Shown in pieces: positions 48,531 through 57,432 of a DNA stretch of 64,000 nucleotides. The stretch comes from Piedraia hortae CBS 480.64 (lineage: Eukaryota): assembly GCA_010093745.1 (NCBI GenBank), contig MU005961.1, positions 1 to 64,000 on the forward strand. Direction: 5' to 3'. Numbering within the stretch: the stretch's first letter is position 1; each line of letters begins with the position of its first letter. The position numbers were made by a program, and so were the translations under genes. The notes beneath the pieces are model-generated. The model saw nothing but the letters and a program-made list of their open reading frames with translations, had not been told where the DNA came from and made no database searches.

Positions 48531-50045
48531 TCATCTTGTGCTATCAGCGATAATGTTGTCAACAGCCCGCTCAACCCTCCCTTTCTCCCACTCCCTCAAT
48601 CTCCTCTCCAAAGTCTTCATCCCCTCCAACTCTCTCTCCATCAACGTAATTCTTGCAATCACATAATCCAGAATTCTACCCAACCGCGAAGCATCATCCC
48701 CCCTCCACCTAGGTATTCCCCCCATCTCCCTCCTAAGTACCCTCACCCTAACCCCCAATCCATCCACTCCCTCCCCCCATGCCGGGGGCAGAACATCAAC
48801 CACCCCCGCCTCAGCGTTCAGTACATGATGAACCCACCCCTCAAAAGCAGTGACCAACTCCTCAAACGGCTCAGCTTGCTGTTCAATAAGCTCAAACGCC
48901 CTCCCCAACACGGCCAAATAATCGAGCACTTCCCTCGTGATGCCATCAGATGGATTGCCCCCGAATGAGGGCCCCTCGGGGGAGATCCATTCCGTCATGG
49001 AGAGGATGGTAGCCACCCTCTCCCTCTCCCTCAACAGGGAAGACACTTCATCTTCAAGTTCGACAATCACCGCCCTCCTCTCCCCCAAACTCTGGGAATT
49101 ATGTAGGGTTGCTTCGACTAAATCACGCTTCGTTTCGCGGTGTGTGAGACTCAGGACTAACAGTTCGATTTGAGACTGCAGGTGGGATGCGACGCGTTGG
49201 GTAGGTTTGGGAAGGGGGGGTTTGGGATGCTGGATCTTCGAGGGGGTATAGTGGGTTTGGTAGGTTGTGAAGGGGAGTTTTGATACCTTGGGGGGGATTT
49301 CTCTTTGGTTGGATGGGATTTGATTGTGTTTTGGAACGGAGGAGGTTGAGTTTGGTCGTGATACTGCCTCCTTGGGTGGTACTTCTCTGGGTTTTGAGAT
49401 TGCTTTGGGGTGGGTGGTTTCGTAGTCGGTTGAGTAAGGCCTAGCTCCTCGCGATGGCAATGCCCCGCGCGATTGTGAAGGGGCTTTTACGGATGTTGTT
49501 CTTTTGAGGTCTGTGAGTTCGGGTCGATGGTGTTGGACTGTGGATGAGCGGTTTAGGGGCTCAGCTTTGGATTCGGTTCGGGTATGTTGTACCGTGGTTG
49601 GTCGTTTGAGGGGTTCAGCTCTGGATTCTGTTCGTTTGTGTGTTTTGAATGTGGTCGACCGTTTCAACGGTTCGGTAGCTCTAGATTCTGGTCGATGTTG
49701 TTGCACCGTGGTCGATCGCTTTAGAGGCTCAACAGCTCTGGATTCTGTTCGGGTATGTGATTTGACCGTGGTCGATCGTTTCAGAGGCTCGGCAACTCTG
49801 GAATCTGCCCGAGTGTGTGTTTTGACTGTGGAAGACCGTTGTAGGGTTCCACCTGCCCTAGCTGGTGGCATTGCTTTTGTGGAATCAACTTCCTTGATCG
49901 GAGACGCAGCTCGACCTTGGCTGAATGTTGGGAGGAGACTCTTCTTTGATGAGCTCTACATGGACTTAGTGGAAAGTTATGGAGGATCGAATAATCCTAC
50001 CTCGATCATCGAAATTGGTCTTCGTTTTACATCGTTGGGGCGCAT
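48531..50045 (-). CDS. Hypothetical protein with basic tandem repeats and a C-terminal coiled coil
   Basis: ATG at 50045 (MRPNDVKRRPISMIE), then a GTAGGA...CTAAG...TAG intron joining in frame to ORF 48531..49871. About 6 repeats of PLKRSTTV.xH.R.ES.A.E. Confidence 0.75.
49500..49845 (-). repeat. Coding minisatellite, unit about 57-63 bp (EPLKRSTTVKSHTRTESRAV)
   Basis: About 6 diverged copies visible in both DNA and protein. Confidence 0.85.
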
Positions 50046-50263
50046 GGTGGATTACTTGCTATTTACTGGGACTAACCACACGATGTTGTGGTCCACATCC
50101 CGCGCGAGGATTGCTAAACACTAGACCCAATTCGGACTAGCGACAGCAGTGACAGGACCCTTGTCACTGCGTTGGATCCAAAACCGGACCAAAGCGGGGC
50201 AGACTCCTTAAATCTCGACGGCTTCCCGCATATCAAAAGGGGGTCTGACCGTACTATTTCTCC

Positions 50264-50809
50264 ATGGCTCGAAGCAATGCTGCCATATTGGCCCAGCGAA
50301 GGCGCAGACTCCAACGCCAGAAGCGTAACGCCAACCAAATAGCCCAACAAGTGTCTCCCGCCCCGCTGACTCTGGAGAACCTCGAGCTGGGGCTGGAGAA
50401 CCTCGTCATTCAGTTCTCAGAGGCCATCATGTCCAATACATTCAAGGAAGCCGCAAAGGGGAACCTAAAAGCGAATGTCGATGCTCTGGTCGAAGCAGAT
50501 GAAGATGATGATCTTGCGCAGATCTTGTTCGAGCTGCTTGCGAACCGTCTGAATGTCAAGTCAAAAGAGGCTGAAAAGGACTACGAACAGGTGGTGAAGA
50601 CGGCGCTTGATGGCTACGACGGGATTTTGAAGAGACTACTCGCATGCGACCCGAATGCGACTGTGGACGTCCATGGCCGGGTCGCCAAGGTGCTGGAGAG
50701 TCAGAAGCTGGAGGAGTCTGCTACCAAGGAAGCTGGCGAGGAGAAGGAAGTAGAGAAGGAAGCAGAGAAGGGGGACGAGGAGAAGAGCGACAAGAAGGAG
50801 GACAAGTAG
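50264..50809 (+). CDS. Hypothetical protein with a basic N-terminus and an acidic/Lys-rich C-terminus
   Basis: 181-aa ORF with coding-like codon usage. No family recognised. Confidence 0.55.
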   Translation: MARSNAAILAQRRRRLQRQKRNANQIAQQVSPAPLTLENLELGLENLVIQFSEAIMSNTFKEAAKGNLKANVDALVEADEDDDLAQILFELLANRLNVKSKEAEKDYEQVVKTALDGYDGILKRLLACDPNATVDVHGRVAKVLESQKLEESATKEAGEEKEVEKEAEKGDEEKSDKKEDK

Positions 50810-50932
50810 ACCTCCATGTGCACGGAAGAGGACAGCAGACCTCATGTAGATACAGATGGATACAGAGGATTCAGATGACGTTAAGACCCTTTCATGTGAC
50901 GCAAACAGTTAAGCGCGCGCCAACCACGGGGC

Positions 50933-51034
50933 ATGTCTAGCGTAAATGTCTAGCGTGAATGTCTAGCGTGAATGTCTAGCGTGAATGTCTGGCGTGAATG
51001 TCTAAAGCGAATGTCTAACGTGAATGTCTAGCGT
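50933..51034. repeat. 13-bp minisatellite (AATGTCTAGCGTG) x8
   Basis: Eight head-to-tail copies with few substitutions and no spacers. Confidence 0.95.
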
Positions 51035-51138
51035 TCCATTCACGCGCGTCGCGTTTCATGACGTCATGCGTGGCTGGGAAAGTACGACGCCCCAATTTTC
51101 CGAGCGCCTTTGGGACTTTTTCAAGATTACACCACAGA

Positions 51139-54100
51139 ATGGCTCCGAAAAAGGTCAAGACGACCGTCTCGTCTGGTCAGGCGGCCGCGCGTACCCGCAA
51201 GCGCCGTCTCAGCGCTGGTTCCAACGCCTCCGAACAGGCAGCCGGTCCCTCCGACGCCGCCAAGAAGCGCAAGAGAGGAAAGCAGACGACAGCGAGCCCC
51301 GAGCCGGACCTGGTTATCGAAGAGGATGCGCAGAACCAAGCCGAATCGTTGCATCGCAAAAAGGCCAAACATGACAGCATCGCAGATGCGTCCAAGCATG
51401 TCAGCTTCGAGCACGGCGCGGTGGAGGACGACATGGCCACGGCGTCGCATCGAACGCCGCATCCGCGCAAAATGGCCGTCAAGCGTCGCACCACCATGTC
51501 TCCGTCGGCCACTCTGACGCGCCAGCTGCGCACCAGCATCGGCCGCTCGTCGTTGCCGCCGGGCTTCCAGCAAGAGGGAATTGCTACCCCTACGGCTATT
51601 ATTCGCGAGCTACAGTTTGCGCCGCTGCGCCAGGTGTTGCAGGAGCGCGTGCAGCGCCGTTTGGCCGGGGAGGATGGCCACTCGAAGCGCGACAGCCGCT
51701 CGCACGCCGAGCTCGAACATCTCAAGGCGGAGGCGCTGGACATGGAGAGGCGCATTAACAGTCTGACTCTGAAGCTTGAAAATGCTAACGACGCCAAGGA
51801 GATCAAGCAACTGGAGGAGGAACTGGAGGAGGCCAGGGCTGCCTTGGACGCATTCATCGATGAACACGATCTGGACCACATTCCGGATGTCAACATGATG
51901 GTTCTGAACCGCCAGGGCGAGACGCAGGTTCTGGCCCAGCCGTCGCCACGCATTCTGGTCCAGGACTTTTCCGAGGTTGCCAAGTCGGCCCACGACGGCA
52001 AGGTCGACGCCAAACTGGCAGCCGAGCGGCTGGAATGGGCGACGGAGAGGAAACAGTGGGAGGCTGAGCGCCATCGATTCCACGATACCATCATGACCCT
52101 CAACGATCTGGCCAAGAAGTCGCAGTCGACTCTGTCCATCCTGACGATTGAACTGAGCTCTCTTGGTTTCGGCGACAGCGAAGACCCCACCGTCATCGTC
52201 CAGAGCATCCGTCAGTCGTTTGCCAACGTGCGGGAAGCCCTTATGAGCGTCTTGCCCGCCTCGTTGCCCGAAACGGCGTCCAACCAGGACACGCTTGAGA
52301 TCCTCTTGGCCAACGTCAATGAGTTTACCAACCGCCTGCGTACGCAGGAGGAGGAGCTCATCACCAAAGACGAGACGATTGCCGATCTCAGCAACCAGAT
52401 CCAGGGCCTTCTGGACCATCTTGCCGATGCCGAAATCCGCAAAGACGAGCTCGAAAAGCAGTGGCGGGAGCTGGACGAGCAGTGTGATTCCAAGGCCAGA
52501 GACGCCGAGGATTTGGAAGAGCAGATTGCAGATGTCGAGGCAATGTGCACCGAACTCAAGGACGAGCTGCGTAAAAAGATTGACCAGATCAATAGCCTCA
52601 CAAAAGACCACGAAGCTGCACTCAGGGATATTGAGAAGCTGCAGACTGGTCTTGAGCATTACCGCAAAGAGGAGCGTCGTCTGACGGATCTCATTCACAA
52701 GATGGAGGATAGCCATCAGTCTCTTGTTGCCCAGATGAAGCACGACAACCAGGTGGCCGTCCAAGGTCTAGAAGACAAGCTCGAGGCCGAGACGGAGCTG
52801 CGCGTGGAGGCCGAGAAGCTCGCTGAGGAGCGCAGGACGACGATTCTCAAGCTCGAGACCTCTCTTGACGATACCACGCGCGAGAGGGACCGTCTTGCTG
52901 ATGCTCTTGCCCTTGCCGAATCCGAGCGTAACAGGTTCATCGACAAGTACAGCGAATCCGAGGAGCTTGTCGAACGGATGCAGACCCAGATCAACGAGCT
53001 CAAAGCCAGCATGGACGGCCTGGAAGACGAGCTTGAGGAGACTCGCAACGAGCTCGAGAAGCTCCGCAAACTATACGAGAGCGAGCAGAAGCAGCGTGAA
53101 CGGGCAGAGGCCGAGTTGGACAAGAGCACCGCGGAGCTCGAAAAAGCGAACAAGCAGGCTCAAAAACTGGGCATGGAGGCCAATGAGCTCCGGATGAGGA
53201 TTCACATCCAGCAAGAGCACTTTGACGCCAAGATGGACACCCTTGAGACAGAGTACAACGAAAACATGGACAAGTTGAAGGGTGAGCTTGACGACGAGAA
53301 GCAGCGCGTTGCGGATGCGGAGAAAGATGCCGAGGAGGGTCAGGTTATCATTGACGACCTTCAGGCCCAGCTGGTAAAGGTCGAGATGGAAATGGCCAAG
53401 ACGATTGCCGAGCGGAACGAGCGGATTGAGGCTCTCCTGGCCCAGCTCGGGGCGAGGAAGCAGGAGATTGATGGGTTGAATACCGACGTTCGTGGGCTGG
53501 AGAATGAGCTTGCCCTTGAGCGCACCAATGCTACGAAGCGCGAGCAGGAAGCCAGCGAGACGATCAAGAAGCTGGAGAGTCTGATCGCGAAGCATGAGGC
53601 TGCTATCGAGGAGTTCCGCAAACGTGAAATCAGCACGACTGAGATCCACGATGCGGAGATTGACGATCGCAATGCTCGGATTGCGGAGCTGCACGAGGCG
53701 GTGGATAAGCTGGAGAAGCTCCGGGCCCAGCTGTTGCGTCAAATCTCTGGTCTAGAGCAGCGCGTTACCAACGAGGCTGAGACGGTGCTCGAGCTGCAGA
53801 GTCGCCATGCAGACGAAACCGCCAAGCTTCAGGCCACCATCAACGACCAGCACAATAAAATTCTTATCGTCGAACAGAAGGCTGTAGAAGCCGACAACAG
53901 ATGGCAGGAGGTGCTGGAGTCCAAAGACGAGGAGCTGGAAGTGGCGAGAACGATGGGCATCGCGCACGAGGAGAGCATCACAACGCTGACTACGGAGATG
54001 AAGGCCTTGGTGCAGAAATTCATGGCCTATGTGCGTCAGTCGTCCGAGACTGTTTCTCGTCTGCGGGGCGCCATTGCCGACGCCAAGGCTGTGGCTGACA

Positions 54101-54306
54101 GCGAAGGCGGAGTGCAGATTGCTGCTGGGGATGATTTCCTCTCCGAATTGCAGCATCTTGATGTCGATAAGTTGGTTCGGGTGACGAAGACGACGACTAC
54201 CAAGACGGTTACCGCTCCCGCCGTGGTCAAAAAGACGCGCGGAAAGAAGAGCAACAAGAGGGTTCTGGACAGCGGAATCGGAATGGGAGAGCCTCAGTTG
54301 GCCTAA
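51139..54306 (+). CDS. Large coiled-coil protein (about 1055 aa)
   Basis: ATG at 51139 (MAPKKVKTT). Basic NLS-like N-terminus, about 700 aa of heptad-rich E/K/L/R sequence, C-terminal KRVLDSGIGM. Confidence 0.85.
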   Translation: MAPKKVKTTVSSGQAAARTRKRRLSAGSNASEQAAGPSDAAKKRKRGKQTTASPEPDLVIEEDAQNQAESLHRKKAKHDSIADASKHVSFEHGAVEDDMATASHRTPHPRKMAVKRRTTMSPSATLTRQLRTSIGRSSLPPGFQQEGIATPTAIIRELQFAPLRQVLQERVQRRLAGEDGHSKRDSRSHAELEHLKAEALDMERRINSLTLKLENANDAKEIKQLEEELEEARAALDAFIDEHDLDHIPDVNMMVLNRQGETQVLAQPSPRILVQDFSEVAKSAHDGKVDAKLAAERLEWATERKQWEAERHRFHDTIMTLNDLAKKSQSTLSILTIELSSLGFGDSEDPTVIVQSIRQSFANVREALMSVLPASLPETASNQDTLEILLANVNEFTNRLRTQEEELITKDETIADLSNQIQGLLDHLADAEIRKDELEKQWRELDEQCDSKARDAEDLEEQIADVEAMCTELKDELRKKIDQINSLTKDHEAALRDIEKLQTGLEHYRKEERRLTDLIHKMEDSHQSLVAQMKHDNQVAVQGLEDKLEAETELRVEAEKLAEERRTTILKLETSLDDTTRERDRLADALALAESERNRFIDKYSESEELVERMQTQINELKASMDGLEDELEETRNELEKLRKLYESEQKQRERAEAELDKSTAELEKANKQAQKLGMEANELRMRIHIQQEHFDAKMDTLETEYNENMDKLKGELDDEKQRVADAEKDAEEGQVIIDDLQAQLVKVEMEMAKTIAERNERIEALLAQLGARKQEIDGLNTDVRGLENELALERTNATKREQEASETIKKLESLIAKHEAAIEEFRKREISTTEIHDAEIDDRNARIAELHEAVDKLEKLRAQLLRQISGLEQRVTNEAETVLELQSRHADETAKLQATINDQHNKILIVEQKAVEADNRWQEVLESKDEELEVARTMGIAHEESITTLTTEMKALVQKFMAYVRQSSETVSRLRGAIADAKAVADSEGGVQIAAGDDFLSELQHLDVDKLVRVTKTTTTKTVTAPAVVKKTRGKKSNKRVLDSGIGMGEPQLA

Positions 54307-54387
54307 GTGTAGCAACAGGCTAGTAGTGTAGGTTAATGGGTCTACAGGAGTTTGCTGTTACTCGTAGTCATGGCTTCAGTCGTTCGG

Positions 54388-54793
54388 TCACCAATTGCTG
54401 TGCGTGACCCAGGCAACCATTGCTTTTGTGACGTTTGCGTCGTGTGATTTTAGTAGTTCGGTGGCCTTAGGTTTGGCTATGTCGAGGTATTCCACCTAGA
54501 CAGTGAGTGAGTAGGAATCATCGAGAATGCGTAAGACGCACCAGTAAGGCAACATGTTCAGCCTCAATCTTGACCGGTTTCTTTACTTCCTCCCTTTTCA
54601 CAGGTGCATCACCATCCAGCGTCTTCATGGCGTCATTTAGCGCTTTCACATCCAGCTCCTTCTTGGGAGCCGCCGTCTCTCCCGCATCTAGCGACGACAG
54701 CGCGCGCGCGGCCTTGACATCCTCTGCACTCGCAGGCACTACATCAGGCGGACTAGCGCCCTCGTGGACGTTCAAGGGTTGCGGCTCCGCCAT
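54388..54793 (-). CDS. HYPK: HYPK-like (NatA-associated, UBA-like C-terminus) protein, 2 exons
   Basis: MAEPQPLNVHEGA...SAEDVKAARALSSLD...VKIEAEHVALL|VEYLDIAKPKATELLKSHDANVTKAM. Intron at 54541-54496. Confidence 0.8.
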
Positions 54794-54856
54794 TTTTCTC
54801 TGTTGTTCCCAAACCGTAAACAAAAATACCTCCCACACTCCCACAAATAAACCAAA

Positions 54857-56203
54857 ATGTGGACTCCCTCCTCCTGGCGCAGCAAACCCATCCAACAACC
54901 CGTAGCCTACGCCGACCCCTCTGCCCTCCAGCTCGCAACTTCCAAGCTCCAAACGCTCCCCCCCCTCGTGACCCCAACCGAAATATGGCGTCTCCGGCGT
55001 CTCCTCGCGGACGTGGCCCAAGGCAAAGCCTTTCTCCTCCAAGGCGGCGACTGCGCTGAGCTATTCAGCTACTGCAACTCGTCCGCCATCGACTCGAAGA
55101 TCAAACTCCTCCTCCAAATGTCCCTCGTCCTGATCTGGGGCGGTAACAAACCCGTCGTCCGCATCGCGCGTATGGCCGGCCAATACGCCAAGCCACGCAG
55201 CTCACCCACCGAAAACGTCAACGGAACCCAGATCCCAAGCTATCGAGGCGACATCCTGAACGGCTACTCCGCCTCCGAAAGGTCCCTCAACCCCGACCGT
55301 CTCGTCCAAGCCTACTTCCACTCCGCAGCAACCCTCAACTACCTCCGCGCGCAGCTCTCCTCTGGCATCGCAGACCTCCACAACCCACTAGACTGGAATC
55401 TCGGCCACGTGCGCGATCCCCAACTCCAAAAAAAATACTCTACCATCGTAGAGAGCATCACCGACTCCCTCCGCTTCATGCGCACCGTAGGCGCCGATAC
55501 GGCGAGAAACCTCGAAACCGTCGACCTCTTCACCAGCCACGAGGGTCTCGTATTGGAATATGAAGAATGCATGACTCGACAGCTCCCCCATCCCTCCGCC
55601 AACAACTCCAAAAATCAGTCGTGGTACAACACCAGCACGCATCTCATCTGGGTAGGCGATCGCACGCGCCAACCCGACCACGCACACATCGAGTACCTCC
55701 GGGGAGTAGAGAACCCCATCGGGATCAAGATCGGGCCCACGACGACCGCATCTGACCTTACCAGCCTCCTGGACACGCTCAACCCGAAAAGGGAGGTAGG
55801 CAAGATTACGCTGATTACGCGATACGGGGAGGGAAGGGTTGCTGATCTCCTCCCGATGCATATCGACGCGGTGAGGAAGTCGGGACACGTGGTCGTGTGG
55901 CAGTGCGATCCCATGCATGGGAATACGAGGTCGACGGCGAGTGGGGTCAAAACACGCTCGTTTGCGGCGATTTTTGAGGAATTAGCTGCTGCGCTGAGGA
56001 TTCATGCCGAATGTGGTTCCGTGCTGGGGGGTGTGCATCTTGAGCTCACCGGCGATGCGGTTACGGAGTGTACGGGGGGGAGCCAGGGACTAGAGGATGG
56101 GGATCTAGGGGAGAGGTATGAGACGTTCTGTGACCCGAGGTTGAATGAGAAGCAGGCGCTCGAGTTGGCGTTTTTGGTGGCGGGGAGTCAGAGGATGGAA
56201 TAG
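54857..56203 (+). CDS. Class II DAHP synthase (phospho-2-dehydro-3-deoxyheptonate aldolase)
   Basis: WTPSSWRSKPIQQ, FLLQGGDCAE, RMAGQYAKPRS, FTSHEGL, WVGDRTRQ, WQCDPMHGNT, GGVHLELTGDAVTEC, CDPRLN. Same class as Neurospora aro-8. Confidence 0.96.
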   Translation: MWTPSSWRSKPIQQPVAYADPSALQLATSKLQTLPPLVTPTEIWRLRRLLADVAQGKAFLLQGGDCAELFSYCNSSAIDSKIKLLLQMSLVLIWGGNKPVVRIARMAGQYAKPRSSPTENVNGTQIPSYRGDILNGYSASERSLNPDRLVQAYFHSAATLNYLRAQLSSGIADLHNPLDWNLGHVRDPQLQKKYSTIVESITDSLRFMRTVGADTARNLETVDLFTSHEGLVLEYEECMTRQLPHPSANNSKNQSWYNTSTHLIWVGDRTRQPDHAHIEYLRGVENPIGIKIGPTTTASDLTSLLDTLNPKREVGKITLITRYGEGRVADLLPMHIDAVRKSGHVVVWQCDPMHGNTRSTASGVKTRSFAAIFEELAAALRIHAECGSVLGGVHLELTGDAVTECTGGSQGLEDGDLGERYETFCDPRLNEKQALELAFLVAGSQRME

Positions 56204-56818
56204 GGCTTTGGAGGTATCCGAATGGGATGTTTCCCACCGAGGAAGAATTGATAGATTTTATACCCTCGCCAGTTTTGCCAACTGATTTCGGAGAGGATAT
56301 GGTCGGATTTTACCTGCATCGTAGCCTACACTATGATGCCACCCTCCAATCCGCGCCACCTTACTCCCCAAGATCCCAATCATAGCAATCGACCGTCTAG
56401 TTCATCTTCCAGTTCGCTGTGGTCTCTGGTTTTATCAACTCCATCCTACTCAAAACGATGGCCATGAGCTCGGTGATCATTACAGTCGAACCAGGGTATT
56501 AGCGAATCAATCTGGCACAGAAATTTCTGTCCTATACATCCAGATTTGGCCGTTTCTGTTGTAAGATAAACCTGTTAGTTGGCCGGTATTCCAAGCATAT
56601 CTCAAGGATGTAATAATGATAATTCAGGGATGACATCGGTGATGTGCGGGAAGACACTGCGGTATTACGTTGAGAAGTGTTCTTATGACGTTTTGGGGAG
56701 AATCTCCATAAGATTTCTGGGAATACAACTGGGTGTAAAATGCATGCATTCCGCGCTATGTATCATCGTGATATGTGATGGATCGCTGCAGCAAGATACC
56801 AGGGAACATTCCAAGTGG

Positions 56819-56838
56819 NNNNNNNNNNNNNNNNNNNN
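56819..56838. other. Assembly gap (20 N)
   Basis: Run of n characters. Confidence 1.
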
Positions 56839-57432
56839 CAAGTAATGTTAGATCGCCTAAGCGACATTTCTTAGGACAATTATTACATAAATCCCGAGAA
56901 TTTATATCATATCGCATTTTGCGGATTTGGCTGTGCAGTTGAACTTTGCAGAGTGTTCAACTCTGAAAGCTAATCGGGGCGTAGCGTTTCCGCATCTCTG
57001 CCTCCATTATCCTACTCTCCCGCACTGCCACTTTTTCCCAGTTGACAAACCCAAGCCCTCCCATCTCTTCCATACCGCAAGTTGTTCCTGCAATTTCGCA
57101 CACTGGAACTACCCACACCTCACGTTACGTTCATCACAGCCAACGAAGATAATCCCCCACACGCCAGAACCTGGATACAGCGCTTTGCCCTGATGCAAGA
57201 CCGCAATCATCCCCAATTCTTAATTCTACTACCCCTCCCCCCCCACCGATAGAAACCTGTACACCGCAAATCCAGGAGAGGGATAGATTGCCATGCCCAC
57301 ATTTACATTTCTCATACCAACTAACGAAAGTGATTCCCACACGATACGCACACAGGTACACCTCTACAATACCCGCTCCCATCGAAAACCCTGCATAAAA
57401 TCGCCTTGAAAACAATTTGCTACGCCACTAAT

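Noticed and set aside
50933..51034. Possible CRISPR array
   Set aside because: The 13-bp units are contiguous with no unique spacers, there are no cas genes, and the context is eukaryotic.
51127..54315. Long antisense ORFs (up to 384 aa) opposite the coiled-coil gene
   Set aside because: Shadow ORFs expected from biased codon usage of the sense gene, with no recognisable motifs.
54857..56203. Class II DAHP synthase as a sign of horizontal transfer or a secondary-metabolite cluster
   Set aside because: Class II enzymes are normal in filamentous ascomycetes, and the neighbours are housekeeping genes with no PKS/NRPS.
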